64,000 bases of DNA from an uncultured Bacteroidales bacterium (GTDB lineage: Bacteria; Bacteroidota; Bacteroidia; Bacteroidales; VadinHA17): assembly GCA_963732365.1 (NCBI GenBank), contig CAVSZC010000003.1:66518-130517 (forward strand), in the 5' to 3' direction. Shown here piece by piece: positions 53,766-64,000 of the stretch (its first letter is position 1; each line of letters begins with the position of its first letter). A program made the translations under genes and the position numbers. The notes beneath the pieces were generated by a model, which did not search any database, was not told the origin of the DNA, and saw only the letters and a program-made list of their open reading frames with translations.

Positions 53766-55250
53766 TTAGTTTCCGTTCCCGGTCATAAGTTTGTTCGATG
53801 ACAACTCACTGTCCGGTATAGGCCATATGTATGAGGTTGATGTCGAAGGTATCGGGTTTGGAGCACCTGTTTTCCCTGGTATGGTACTCAAAGTCCTCAT
53901 TAGATCCATATTGCGGATGCCCTCACCAAGGAACTCGATATTCCTCTCCAGAAGAACTGCATCAATAAATGCCTGTGTAGTTGCAAAGCTGGCAAGAGTA
54001 TAGCCGCCTGTTGGGAATGAACGTGTACGCACCGCATTAAGCAGATCAACAGCCTGCTGTGTAACACTACCGCCCCTTGCAATTGCCTCGGCATAGTTGA
54101 GAAGAACCTCTGAATACCTGATGACAGGTGCATAATCAGACGGTACGGTCAGGTTGGGCCATTTGCCGACGAAGTACACTGTACCAACTCCGGAGACAGT
54201 GCCTGACTGGAACTGAGTTCTCCTTGCATCTGTGGGATCAAGGGCGTTATATGCCTGGCCTGCAGTATTCAGGTAATATGACTCACTTGAATTAGGATGA
54301 TGATAGTGTGCCATAAAGTTCTGTGTGCCAGCAAGGTTAGTGGAGGTGAATGGCATCGAGAAGATTGACTCAGCCGTTGTGTAAGGGGTGTTCCATATTG
54401 CAGCAAAGGTTGCACTCAATGCAAACGGTGCGCCTGTAGGTGCAACAAACGGTGCAGCTGCGGGAACTATTTTTGCAGCCTCGGTCCTTACTGATGCCCA
54501 GTTGCCCATATGAAGATAGACACGGGTCTTGAATGCGATGATAGAGTTTTTGTGGATCCTGGTTGTCCTCAGCAATGCAGATGAATAATCTGCAATGGCC
54601 AGAGGCTCAGCCGCATTCAGATCAGCAAGAATCTGTGTATATGTCTCAGCAACAGTGCTTCTTGCCATGTCGTTTCCTTCAGCTGTCTTATAGGCAATAA
54701 GACGGAGCGGAAGACCCGGGCTTGTACCGCTGTTCTTTAAGTACGGCTGTGCATAGAGCTGCAGCATGTCAAAATAACACATGGCACGCAGTGTGAGAGC
54801 CTCACTCTTGTACTGATTGTATTCAGCATCAGTTATAATTCCGTCAAGCTTCCCGGCAGTTTTATTTGCTTCAAGACCTTCGAGAAAGAGGTTGATTGCG
54901 TTATTGGCTGCATAAACTGCTGCCCAGAGGTTCTGTACTTCATTGGTAGATCCAAGCACAGTGTGGCCCCATGTTGCATAACCTGTAACAAGGTTCGTGC
55001 TCTTGGGAAGGAAATTCTCTGCCCTGATGTCATTGTAAACAAAGAATCTGCCACCGAGGTACTGGCCGCTCTTCATGAAAGCGTAGAGACCATTAACCTG
55101 GCCTACGATACGGTCCTTTGTATCAAAGGCGGCCGTTTCTGCCAACGCTGTCTCCGGTTCCAGAGTCAGCATGTCTTCCGAACAACCGGCAACCGACATT
55201 ATAATCAGCAGTGTCAGTGATATCTTTAATATATTTTTCATAGTTCTCAT
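53766..55250 (-). CDS. SusD/RagB-family outer-membrane lipoprotein (pair 1)
   Basis: It has a lipobox (SVAGC) and a TPR-like SusD fold with the C-terminal ERNIEFLGEGIRNMDLMR block. It lies 10 nt downstream of a SusC gene. Confidence 0.85.
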   Translation of the reverse strand: MRTMKNILKISLTLLIIMSVAGCSEDMLTLEPETALAETAAFDTKDRIVGQVNGLYAFMKSGQYLGGRFFVYNDIRAENFLPKSTNLVTGYATWGHTVLGSTNEVQNLWAAVYAANNAINLFLEGLEANKTAGKLDGIITDAEYNQYKSEALTLRAMCYFDMLQLYAQPYLKNSGTSPGLPLRLIAYKTAEGNDMARSTVAETYTQILADLNAAEPLAIADYSSALLRTTRIHKNSIIAFKTRVYLHMGNWASVRTEAAKIVPAAAPFVAPTGAPFALSATFAAIWNTPYTTAESIFSMPFTSTNLAGTQNFMAHYHHPNSSESYYLNTAGQAYNALDPTDARRTQFQSGTVSGVGTVYFVGKWPNLTVPSDYAPVIRYSEVLLNYAEAIARGGSVTQQAVDLLNAVRTRSFPTGGYTLASFATTQAFIDAVLLERNIEFLGEGIRNMDLMRTLSTIPGKTGAPNPIPSTSTSYIWPIPDSELSSNKLMTGNGN

Positions 55251-55260
55251 TGTTTGTTGT

Positions 55261-58200
55261 TTAGAATGAAAGGTTTAACCCGAAGGTGTATGTCCTTGCC
55301 TGCGGTGCACTGTTCCTGTCGATACCGGGGGTAAGGTTTGTATCACCGTTAGTCGATACTTCAGGGTCAGAACCTGTATACTTCGTGAATACGAATGCGT
55401 TGAACATCTGGGCATAAATCCTTATGCTCTGAATGCCAACACTGGCAGGAAGATCCTTGAAAGTATAGCCTGCAGAGAAATTCCTTACCTTCAGGTAATC
55501 TCCTTTCTCAACGTTTTCAGTGATTGGCATCGCAGAACCGTTGGAGACGTTGTCGTTAAATACCGGCCTGGGTATATTTGTAACATCCCCTGCTTCTCTC
55601 CATGCTGTTTCGTATACCTCAACAGAGTTGTTCCACCACCTCTGGTCACGCAGACCTGCTTTTGATCCGTTGTAAACTGAGAATCCAAGAGCGTAGGTAA
55701 GGTTAAGGGCGAAGTCAAAGTTCTTGTAGGTAAAGGTGTTGTCAAGACCGCCATAGATTGTTGGCAGCGGAGACCCGGCATTTATGCCGTCACCTGCAAG
55801 TGTTATGGCAGGCGCAACGGTTCCGTCGGACAAGTAGGTCCACTTGCTGGCATTCTCATGACTGTAAAGAACTTCGCGGCCTGCTTTGTTGACGAAAATC
55901 CTTCTTCCTGTGGTGGGGTCAACACCATTTGTTTTTACGGCCCAGATAAGGCCGATCGGTTCGCCCACAATAGTCTTGTTGGTAGTTTCAAGTCCTCCTG
56001 TAACACCCTGTATCTCAGTTACACCAGGAGCCAGCGCAGAAACTTCGTTCTTCAGGGTGCTGAAATTGAAGTTTGTTGTCCAGGTGAAATTGGGTTTTGA
56101 GATGTTGTATGAAGTAAGCGTTACTTCAATGCCAGTATTAAACATTGAACCGATGTTGTCGGGGACAGTGTTTCCGGGTATCCCTTTTGAAGGAGGCTGC
56201 GGAACATTGAGGATCAGGTCATTGACATCATTGTAATACCAGTTGATGTCAGCCTGCAGCCTGTCATTGAGCAGACCGAAGCTGAACCCTACATCATACT
56301 TGTCACTCGCTTCCCACTTAAGGGCGGGGTTACCGGCCTGTGAGAATGTCCATGTCGGAGCAGCTCCGTAAACGCCTGAGGAATAGAGGAAGAGTGAAGC
56401 ATAGCTGCCGATGCCTGACATGTTGCCGACGCGGCCGTAGCTGGCCTTGATACGCATGTCGGAAACATAATCGTTAACGCCTGCCATGAAACCCTCCTTC
56501 GAGATGTTCCACATGGCTGATGCGCCGCCGAAGTTACCCCACTTGTTCTCTTCAGAGAGACCTGAGAAACCGTCACGACGGGCACTGACCTCAAAGTAAT
56601 ACTTCTTGCTCACGTCGAAGCTGACGCGACCGAAATAAGAAAGGAAATAGTTCTCATAACGGCCTCCGCCACCCATACCAGCGGTTACCCATGAACCCTG
56701 GTAAACTTCAAAGAATGGGTCTGTATAATTGGTTTTGGAACCGTTCCAGCTGACACCCTTTGTATATTGCTGTTCAACACCGGCAAGCAGACCTAAATTA
56801 AACTTTTCAGCAAAAGTGGTGTTGTAATTCAAGGTATTCGTCCATGTCCACCTGCTTGGACGGTTGAACTGGTTCCACGCCTGGCCGTTTGAGGCATAGC
56901 TGTCACCCGTGATTCCGGTCTGGAATAAATTGTCTTCAACCGCAAGGTTATCAATACCGTATGCTGTCTTGAACGTAAGACCGGTTAACGGTGTAACGGA
57001 AGCATATAAAGTAGCAAGCAACCTGTCCGATTCTGTAGTGAAAGTATTGAGATCGAAGATCGCAACCGGGTTATAGTAACCGTAGTTTGCAACCGGCTGC
57101 CCCATGTTACCTATTGCAGAGCCTGCAATGTTATAGGTGCCGTCCTCCTTGTAAGGTCCGAGGTTCGGAGGAAGAACGAATGCTAGTCGTGCAGCCCCTG
57201 CAGTGGCAAAAGATGCGCCTGTGTTTGGTGCTGCGCTGAATCCGTTCGTGATGTTGATGTTTGCACCGAGTGAGATGTACTTGTTGAGCTTGTGATCAAG
57301 ATTCAACCTCGCGTTTACTCTCTCAAAGGTATTCTTCTGAACCATCCCCTCCTGGTTGGTATAACCTATCGAGAGGAAATATGAGGTGGCTGCCGTGGCA
57401 CCTGAGATTGTCAGTGCATGGTTGTGCTGGAAGCCTGTCTGGTAGACCTGATCAGCCCAGTTTGTATTCACGGGTTCGCCGTTGATTGTCGGGATGGTGA
57501 AAGGTCCGGGAAGAGCTGTGGGGTTATTTGCCAGAGCCCTGTTCTTATGCTCGATGTACTGCTCGGAGTTCATCACTTCAAAGATGTTATAAGGCTGAGT
57601 AAAGCCGAAATAACCGTCATATGTGACCTTTGTCTTGCCTACCGCTCCGCGCTTGGTAGTGATAAGGATAACGCCGTTGGCAGCTCTCGATCCGTAGATA
57701 GCGGTTGCTGAGGCATCCTTGAGGATCTCCATTGACTGGATATCGGCAGGGTTAACGTCGCCAAGTGCGTTAATGAATGAGTTGGTACCTGATACGTTGC
57801 CGGTGAATATGGGCACACCGTCAACAACGATCAGCGGGCTGGAACTACCAGTTATGGAGTTGAAACCGCGGATCCTGATTACAGGCGGGTTGTTAAGCAC
57901 ACCGTTAGGCATGGTGATTGTCATACCGGCGGCCTTGCCCTGCAGTGCCTGGTCAAAGCTCTGTACAGGCATCATCGCAATATCGGAACCCTTGACGGTT
58001 GAAATTGCACCGGCGACGTCGCGTTTCTGCTGTGTGCCGTAGGCTACGACAACGACCTCATCGACATTGAACATATCCTGTTTCAGGACTACGTCTATTG
58101 TATTCCTCCCCTCAATGGCCTGTTCGTGGGTCACATAACCCATGAAGCTGAACACAAGAGATCTGGAACCTGCAGGAACCTGCAGTGAGTACTTACCGTC

Positions 58201-58368
58201 CGTGCCTGTTATTGCACCCAGTGTCGTACCTTTAACGGTAACGAAGACGCCAGGCAGCTCCAGGCCATCATCAGAACTGGTAACAGTCCCGGTCACTAAC
58301 ACTGTCTGACCAATGGCCATGGCAGCCGTCAGTATCAGCAGTGAAAAAAGCATTAGGATCTTTTTCAT
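55261..58368 (-). CDS. SusC/RagA-family TonB-dependent outer-membrane transporter (pair 1)
   Basis: It has a signal peptide, a carboxypeptidase-regulatory-like domain (VTGTVTSSDDGLELPGVFVTVKGT), a plug with a TonB box (DEVVVVAYG), a 22-strand barrel and a terminal aromatic residue (LNLSF). No STN domain is present. Confidence 0.9.
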   Translation of the reverse strand: MKKILMLFSLLILTAAMAIGQTVLVTGTVTSSDDGLELPGVFVTVKGTTLGAITGTDGKYSLQVPAGSRSLVFSFMGYVTHEQAIEGRNTIDVVLKQDMFNVDEVVVVAYGTQQKRDVAGAISTVKGSDIAMMPVQSFDQALQGKAAGMTITMPNGVLNNPPVIRIRGFNSITGSSSPLIVVDGVPIFTGNVSGTNSFINALGDVNPADIQSMEILKDASATAIYGSRAANGVILITTKRGAVGKTKVTYDGYFGFTQPYNIFEVMNSEQYIEHKNRALANNPTALPGPFTIPTINGEPVNTNWADQVYQTGFQHNHALTISGATAATSYFLSIGYTNQEGMVQKNTFERVNARLNLDHKLNKYISLGANINITNGFSAAPNTGASFATAGAARLAFVLPPNLGPYKEDGTYNIAGSAIGNMGQPVANYGYYNPVAIFDLNTFTTESDRLLATLYASVTPLTGLTFKTAYGIDNLAVEDNLFQTGITGDSYASNGQAWNQFNRPSRWTWTNTLNYNTTFAEKFNLGLLAGVEQQYTKGVSWNGSKTNYTDPFFEVYQGSWVTAGMGGGGRYENYFLSYFGRVSFDVSKKYYFEVSARRDGFSGLSEENKWGNFGGASAMWNISKEGFMAGVNDYVSDMRIKASYGRVGNMSGIGSYASLFLYSSGVYGAAPTWTFSQAGNPALKWEASDKYDVGFSFGLLNDRLQADINWYYNDVNDLILNVPQPPSKGIPGNTVPDNIGSMFNTGIEVTLTSYNISKPNFTWTTNFNFSTLKNEVSALAPGVTEIQGVTGGLETTNKTIVGEPIGLIWAVKTNGVDPTTGRRIFVNKAGREVLYSHENASKWTYLSDGTVAPAITLAGDGINAGSPLPTIYGGLDNTFTYKNFDFALNLTYALGFSVYNGSKAGLRDQRWWNNSVEVYETAWREAGDVTNIPRPVFNDNVSNGSAMPITENVEKGDYLKVRNFSAGYTFKDLPASVGIQSIRIYAQMFNAFVFTKYTGSDPEVSTNGDTNLTPGIDRNSAPQARTYTFGLNLSF

Positions 58369-58486
58369 ACATTAATAGTTTAGGTTAATAAGGGTTAATG
58401 TAAAAATCTTGCATACGCAAAATAAACAATATTTTCAATATGCAACACTTTTTAACACTTAATCAGTATAAACGAAACTAAATAAT

Positions 58487-58518
58487 AAAGAAAAAGGCTG
58501 CCCCTCAGGAGCAGCCTT
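58487..58518 (-). terminator. rho-independent terminator after SusD pair 2
   Basis: The minus strand reads GGCUGCUCC-UGA-GGGGCAGCC (9 bp including one G.U) followed by U5CUUU. It lies 26 nt after the stop codon. Confidence 0.7.
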
Positions 58519-58542
58519 CATCAGTTTTTTCAGAGTCAGTGG

Positions 58543-60048
58543 TTACAACGGATTCTGAACCATCTGTTTGTTGGCATCAATTTCAGTCTTGGGTATCAGC
58601 CACTCCCACATAACATCACCCGCAGGAACACTTGTCAGGTTACAAAGGGCAGTAGTGTGGTATCCTCCTCCTGTCCCGGTAGGCCTAGAGAGGGGCAGGT
58701 TAAGGCGTTTGAGGTCTGTGAAGCGGAATCCTTCGCCCCAGAGCTCGAGCCTTCTGTTAAGCATTATCTCATCAATAAGGGCCTGTCCGGTATTGGCTGA
58801 GGCCACATAGTTTGCCGATACAGTCTCACGTGCCTGCCTGAGGGTGTTAAGGGCAGTCTGGGCATCTGTGTCACGTCCGCCCATGCGGGCATAAGCTTCA
58901 GCCTCGATAAGCAGCATCTCTGCAGCACGCATATAAACAACGTCACCGCGGCTGTCAGCACCGCCGGCAGCAATGAACTTCTGGCTGGTATAAGGAAACT
59001 TGCTGAATGTTGAAGGAAGGGCCAGAGCCGTATGTGCACCTGTCGGGTCAAAGTTGAGCTTGCGGGCGTCAGTTGCTGTAAATGCCGGGTCATTCCAGAG
59101 CACTCTGTTGATTGCCTTGGGATTACCCCTGATGTTAGTCGAGCTGAAATTCCTTGACATGTAGGCAAAGAATGAATAGAAGTAGGTTGTCTGGTCTGCA
59201 ATGACGGTGCTTCCCCACATCCACTCCCTGTTGGTGTAGTTGTTGAAGCCGCCGGTATATTCAGCTGTGGTCATAAGTGAATATCCTGTGCGTGCCTGTG
59301 ATGCAAATGATGCTGCAGAGGTCCAGTCCTGTTTGGTCAGGGCAACACGTGCCTGCATGCCTCTCGCCACACTCAGGTTCATATGTGACTTATTAGGTCT
59401 GGAGTAAGTAGCAAGCAGGGTTGCTGCTTCTTCAAGATCCGTTTCCACCTGGTCATAAACCTCCTCAACGGTGTTACGCGGCTGGCCGTCAAAGTTGTTT
59501 GTGAGCATGATCGGAACACCAAGCTGTGTGTTCTGTGTGCCGGCTACGTATCTCTTTCCGTAGAGCTGAACGAGGTTAAAGTGGCCCCATGCCCTGTAAA
59601 CGAGAGCCTGCCCCTTGATTATATCCTTTTCAGCCTGGGAGCCGGTTGCACCATCAATGTTATTGATGATCATGTTTGCATTGGCAATGATCCTGTAATA
59701 AAACCACCATGGATATGAATCCACCGTTGCCGTCTCACTTCTGTGGTCGAGCCACTTGTAGCAGTTATTGTACCAGCCGTTTCCTGCTGAAGTCATGACG
59801 AGATCTTCACCCAGCATGTCGCGGTTGATGTTCATTGAACCTTCACCGGCTTCTCCCTGGTTACGCCACTGGTTGTACATTATGCGGTGTATACCGTTCA
59901 ACGCCTGCATGGCATTGGTGGTGGTGGTAAAGGCAGCATCTGCTGACACCTGGTCAGTAGGCTGGGTGTCGAGATAGTCCTCGCTGCAAGACACCATAAA
60001 GAGTGAAAGTGCAGCTATAAACAGTGTACTGTATATAATACGTTTCAT
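58543..60048 (-). CDS. SusD/RagB-family outer-membrane lipoprotein (pair 2)
   Basis: It has a lipobox (MVSC), a SusD fold and the C-terminal NRRLELWGEGFRFTDLKR block. It lies 12 nt downstream of a SusC gene. Confidence 0.85.
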   Translation of the reverse strand: MKRIIYSTLFIAALSLFMVSCSEDYLDTQPTDQVSADAAFTTTTNAMQALNGIHRIMYNQWRNQGEAGEGSMNINRDMLGEDLVMTSAGNGWYNNCYKWLDHRSETATVDSYPWWFYYRIIANANMIINNIDGATGSQAEKDIIKGQALVYRAWGHFNLVQLYGKRYVAGTQNTQLGVPIMLTNNFDGQPRNTVEEVYDQVETDLEEAATLLATYSRPNKSHMNLSVARGMQARVALTKQDWTSAASFASQARTGYSLMTTAEYTGGFNNYTNREWMWGSTVIADQTTYFYSFFAYMSRNFSSTNIRGNPKAINRVLWNDPAFTATDARKLNFDPTGAHTALALPSTFSKFPYTSQKFIAAGGADSRGDVVYMRAAEMLLIEAEAYARMGGRDTDAQTALNTLRQARETVSANYVASANTGQALIDEIMLNRRLELWGEGFRFTDLKRLNLPLSRPTGTGGGYHTTALCNLTSVPAGDVMWEWLIPKTEIDANKQMVQNPL

Positions 60049-60060
60049 CGTATATTGATT

Positions 60061-63000
60061 TTAGAATGATACATTTATTCCAAGCGTTGTAATCCTTGAC
60101 GGACTGTAAACGTTGTCGGTGGTACCTGCGAATGATCCCTGCGGGTCAAGACCCGTACGGGCATTCAGCAGAAGGAGGTTCTCGCCGCTGAGCCATACTC
60201 TCGCACTCCTCAAGCCGACGCGCTGTGCGATCGATGCGGGAAGGTTGTAAGCAAGGGTGACGGCTTTGATGCTGAAGAACGATGCGTCAACAAGGAACCG
60301 GTCAGAGGAGGCGCCAAACTGTGTCAGCTTGCTGTTGTCAAGCCTCGGGACATTTGTGATGTCACCCGGCTTCTGCCAGCGGTCAAGGATGTCAACATGG
60401 ATAGCCCTGCCGTAATCACCTGCGTGCATGAGGCTGGCATAGCTGCCGTCATAGATGAGCCCGCCGATCTGGAAAGTGGTGAGGATCGAAAGATCAAATC
60501 CCTTGTAAGTGAAGGTGTTTGTTATACCTCCGATAAGATCGGGAATAGCACTTCCGTGATAGGCATACTTCGCATTATTCTGGCTAATGCTTACCGTATC
60601 AGTCTCATTTATGATCCTGAGGTTTGAAGCCTGTGTGGCGAAGTCCTTGATGTTTGCATCATACAGTGCAGAGCCGTCAGCGGGGTCAACACCGTACCAG
60701 TCTCTAAGCCAGAAGTCGTAGATGGAATGACCGACCATAAGTTTCTTGGTGCCCTGGATAATCTCGGTCTGTCCTTCAGGAAGCTTGGTGATCTCATTCT
60801 TGATGGTAGATCCGTTGAAGTTGATGTTCCAGTTAAAGCTGGGTTTCTTGACCACATCAACGCCAACCTGGAATTCGATACCCTGGTTATACATCTCACC
60901 TATGTTCTGATCCTGGCTGGTGATACCGCTTGACAGCGGCAGCGGAACAGCAAAGAGCAGGTTCGACGAAATCCTGCGGTAGAACTCTATTGTAGCTGTC
61001 AGTCTCTTCAGCAGCCCGAACTCGAGGGCAACGTCAAATGAGTTGTTTGACTCCCACGTTAGGCTTTCATTTGCGAGGTTTGCCTGAACAAAGCCCGGTT
61101 CAAGTGCGTTATTGACGCCGATGTTATAGCGTGCCTGCCATGCATAGTAATCAATGCCGCCGTCATTACCCACGGCACCGTATGACCCCCTTAATTTCAT
61201 CATGTCGATCCATGTGAGAGCCTTGATGAAGTTCTCGGCATCCATACGCCATGCTGCACTGACAGAATAGAAGTCACCCCAGCGTGTATCCTGGTAAAAC
61301 TTCGACGAACCGTCACGGCGATATGAACCGGAAATAAAGTATTTCTGGTTGTAATTGTAACTCATACGGGTGAAATACCCTTCGGTCCTGTATTTATCAC
61401 GGTATGACGTAAGGCTGTTAGTGGTCGTAAAGTTGACAAGCTCGGTGTTGCCGTCAACAATCTGTCCCTGACGGAAGCCCCTGAAATAATCATATGTATA
61501 GTCATAGTTCTCATGACCGAGCAGTACTTCAACTGAATGAACATCAAAGGTCTTGCTGTAGTTAAGCAGCTGGTTGACAGTGTAGCCTGTAGTTGTTGTA
61601 TTGACTTTTTCGCCACGTCCTGCCGGAGCACCGTCACCTACAATCTTGTTTTCATACCCTGAAGCATTGTACGATGTCACGTCCGCTGCAAGGTTAATGG
61701 TGAACTTGAACCCGTCGAGAAACATGAAGTCGACATAGGTCCTTGCACCTAATACGTTTCTTTTGAAAAGGTCGTCGTTCCAGTTCGTCTCAGCCACCAC
61801 ATGCCTTCCGGGGCTTGCACCTGCAGGTCTGGCAGGCAGACCGGGAAGGTTGCCGAGGTCATAAACTTTTCCGCCTGTGGCAGGGTCTTCAAGATAATCG
61901 CCTGTCAAAGGGTCATGCGCATAGACCGGATAGAGCGGACCCATGTTGCGGGTGAAGAAGAAGGGGTTTACATAGCTTGTACCACCTTCCTGGGCAACAT
62001 TTGATTCCGTCATGGTGCCGGAGAGGTTAAGACCGGTGCGCATCCACTTCTTGGGAGTGGTGTTCACGTTTATACGGCCCGTCATACGCTCATAGTCTGA
62101 CTTAATGACATAACCATGCTCATTAAGGTAACCAAGAGATACATAATAGTCTCCCTTGTCCGAGCCTCCGTTGAAGGTGAGCCCGTAGTCACCGCGGTAA
62201 CCCTGCCTCATGATCGGAGCCTGCCAGTCAAGATCGCCTGCATAATCGCCAAGGATCTCTGCATTGGCATTCAGGAGACCGTCGGTTCCGACAATCTGGT
62301 TATTGGGAAGGGTGGTTATGTTGTAACCGACGCGTGTGATAAGGTTATTTGTTGAGTTCTGGGCAGCGACAGCGGGGTCAACAGGTGTTGTTGCATATAC
62401 CTGCCTGTAATAATCAGATTCCCACATCAACGGGTAGTAATCAAGACCGGTTACCCTTTCATATTCAGGTATCGACCGGGTGCTGAGACCCTGCGTCGTG
62501 GTGAACTGAATGGAAGACTGGTTCTTTGATCCGCGTTTCGTTGTGATCATCACGACGCCGTTGGCAGCCCTGTTACCATAAAGGGCTGATGACGCTGCAT
62601 CTTTAAGGATCGAAATGCTCTCGACATCCTGGCTGTTGATGTTGCTTATGTTGCCTGAGAAAGGCACACCGTCAACAACGTACAGCGGATCATTGGAGGC
62701 GGAGACTGATCCGTAACCGCGGATACGGATATCCTGGCCTGCACCGGGCTGGCCGCTTGACGACGTAACCTGGATTCCGGGATTCGTACCTTCTATAGCC
62801 TTTGTGATGTTGGCGATAGGCCTGGTCTCGATCTTCTTGCTCTCTATCTGCGCTGCAGAACCTGTAAAGGTACCTCTCTTGGCTGTACCATAGGCTATTA
62901 CAACGACTTCATCCATCGCAACAAGGTCAGGAGCCAGCGTAACATTGACCCTCGTCCTTCCGCTTATCTGAACAACCTGGCTCTGCATCCCGATAAACGA

Positions 63001-63219
63001 GAATTCAAGAGAAGTTGCCGTTTGTGGTACCTGTAGGGTATAAACACCATCGGGCCCTGTAACGGCACCCAGTGTCATTCCCTGCACTTTTACGGTTACA
63101 CCCGGTAGCGGAAGCCCGTCTTCGGAGCTGGTTACCACACCGGTGATCTGTACTGTCTGGCCAAATGCAAAAAGGCCTGTAACCATCAACAGTACAAACA
63201 TCATCAATTGTTTTTTCAT
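60061..63219 (-). CDS. SusC/RagA-family TonB-dependent outer-membrane transporter (pair 2)
   Basis: Its architecture matches pair 1 (VTSSEDGLPLPGVTVKVQG, DEVVVIAYG, terminal INVSF). It is a clear paralog of 55261-58368. Confidence 0.9.
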   Translation of the reverse strand: MKKQLMMFVLLMVTGLFAFGQTVQITGVVTSSEDGLPLPGVTVKVQGMTLGAVTGPDGVYTLQVPQTATSLEFSFIGMQSQVVQISGRTRVNVTLAPDLVAMDEVVVIAYGTAKRGTFTGSAAQIESKKIETRPIANITKAIEGTNPGIQVTSSSGQPGAGQDIRIRGYGSVSASNDPLYVVDGVPFSGNISNINSQDVESISILKDAASSALYGNRAANGVVMITTKRGSKNQSSIQFTTTQGLSTRSIPEYERVTGLDYYPLMWESDYYRQVYATTPVDPAVAAQNSTNNLITRVGYNITTLPNNQIVGTDGLLNANAEILGDYAGDLDWQAPIMRQGYRGDYGLTFNGGSDKGDYYVSLGYLNEHGYVIKSDYERMTGRINVNTTPKKWMRTGLNLSGTMTESNVAQEGGTSYVNPFFFTRNMGPLYPVYAHDPLTGDYLEDPATGGKVYDLGNLPGLPARPAGASPGRHVVAETNWNDDLFKRNVLGARTYVDFMFLDGFKFTINLAADVTSYNASGYENKIVGDGAPAGRGEKVNTTTTGYTVNQLLNYSKTFDVHSVEVLLGHENYDYTYDYFRGFRQGQIVDGNTELVNFTTTNSLTSYRDKYRTEGYFTRMSYNYNQKYFISGSYRRDGSSKFYQDTRWGDFYSVSAAWRMDAENFIKALTWIDMMKLRGSYGAVGNDGGIDYYAWQARYNIGVNNALEPGFVQANLANESLTWESNNSFDVALEFGLLKRLTATIEFYRRISSNLLFAVPLPLSSGITSQDQNIGEMYNQGIEFQVGVDVVKKPSFNWNINFNGSTIKNEITKLPEGQTEIIQGTKKLMVGHSIYDFWLRDWYGVDPADGSALYDANIKDFATQASNLRIINETDTVSISQNNAKYAYHGSAIPDLIGGITNTFTYKGFDLSILTTFQIGGLIYDGSYASLMHAGDYGRAIHVDILDRWQKPGDITNVPRLDNSKLTQFGASSDRFLVDASFFSIKAVTLAYNLPASIAQRVGLRSARVWLSGENLLLLNARTGLDPQGSFAGTTDNVYSPSRITTLGINVSF

Positions 63220-63293
63220 CTGATGTTAGTTTAGGGTTAGTGAAACAGTGGCAATATAGAAAAAAGTTTTTGTAATACTTAATCTGATGTTAT

Positions 63294-64000
63294 TTAGCAT
63301 GAAATTTTCTTTTCCGCATCGGCTAATATATTTTGCTCAAAGTTTGCGGCTAATTTTTCTATCTCAGCTCCTTCATTTACAAGCTGAACAGCAAAGGCTT
63401 TGTCTTTTAGGGTGCTCACATTAATCCTTACATTCAGATAAGCCCCCCTGACACATGCCCTGGCAGCGAGCACCCCCACGGCGGCATCGGTGACTGAGCC
63501 CGGGTTGCCCTTCTGTACCATCTCACCCAGAAGGTCAAAGACCTTTATTGTCTCCTTCATCACTGTAAGCGGTACCAGCGAAGCCCCTTTCGTAGCCTCC
63601 TCAACGGCAGCAGCCCTGACAGCCTTCTCCTCTTCACTGTACTTCGGCATCTCAAAGGCCTTCATTATGGCGTTGAAGGCATCGGTGTCCTCATCAACAA
63701 GCTCGAGCAGCCGCTTTTGCATCGTGGCTCCCCTCTCTGCCCACGTGGCAAACTCCTCCCACCTGGCATCCCAGCCTCTCTTATGGCTTGAGAGGTTGGC
63801 TACCATTGTTCCGAGAGCTGCTCCCATGGCACCCATGGCTGCGGACACTGACCCGCCGCCCGGAGCAACCGATTCGGAGGAGGTCTCCCAGACAAATGAT
63901 GAGAGCGGCATGTCAACCAGCTTTTTACGGGAGGAATCTTTCAGGATATATTCTATGATTTTTTCATCAGGTTTAAAGGGCTTAAGCTCTGAAAGTCCCA
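63294..64000 (-). CDS. formimidoyl-THF cyclodeaminase domain protein (FtcD-type), 5' end may lie outside window
   Basis: The cyclodeaminase block is SVAPGGGSVSAAMGAMGAALG. The frame stays open upstream of the Met at 63911 to the window edge, so this is either a stand-alone cyclodeaminase starting at 63911 or the C-domain of a bifunctional FtcD. Confidence 0.65.
   Translation of the reverse strand, partial: GLSELKPFKPDEKIIEYILKDSSRKKLVDMPLSSFVWETSSESVAPGGGSVSAAMGAMGAALGTMVANLSSHKRGWDARWEEFATWAERGATMQKRLLELVDEDTDAFNAIMKAFEMPKYSEEEKAVRAAAVEEATKGASLVPLTVMKETIKVFDLLGEMVQKGNPGSVTDAAVGVLAARACVRGAYLNVRINVSTLKDKAFAVQLVNEGAEIEKLAANFEQNILADAEKKISC

Overview
This is a 64-kb chromosomal segment from an anaerobic, proteolytic/fermentative member of the Bacteroidota. 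The assignment rests on two SusC/SusD pairs, TAnnTTTG -7 promoter boxes, DUF1573/FISH/DUF5606-type genes, and nusB-DUF1573-yajC-ybbR-coaE and ftsK-lolA synteny. I call about 52 densely packed protein genes, many translationally coupled through ATGA or TAATG overlaps. In order they are: the 3' end of nrfA; a GH35 beta-galactosidase; a PiT/DUF47 phosphate pair; a beta-CASP MBL nuclease; NhaD; a small beta-barrel OMP; an RRM RNA-binding protein; an 11-kb island of six exopeptidases; a four-gene Hnd/HydABC-type [FeFe]-hydrogenase operon; ygiQ; a patatin-Omp85 protein; a 749-aa TPR protein of unknown function; an ECF sigma/membrane protein/LTXXQ module; LysM-PBP, purC and phoH; a SAM hydrolase and mazG; DUF5606-speB; a DjlA-like gene plus the coaE-ybbR-yajC-DUF1573-nusB operon; a PUR-alpha-like gene; DUF456; ornithine carbamoyltransferase and carbamate kinase; ftsK-lolA; a FISH-domain protein; NlpC/P60 with an unannotated 43-aa membrane ORF; two tandem SusC/SusD pairs; and the 3' part of a cyclodeaminase (FtcD-type) gene. 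I saw no rRNA, tRNA, CRISPR, transposase, integrase or phage genes. I did not find a convincing new multi-gene protein system such as a defence island. The most unusual signal is non-genic. It is a mosaic family of intergenic repeats: period-7 microsatellite arrays that abut stop and start codons, conserved twin hairpins, an oriented ~130-bp module carrying a -7 promoter box, and CACAGAG-type motifs. A related CCTCWR period-6 array is embedded in three coding regions in three different reading frames. Several ORF-track N-termini are translations of these repeats and were trimmed. All functional calls come from motif and family recognition by eye; no searches were run.
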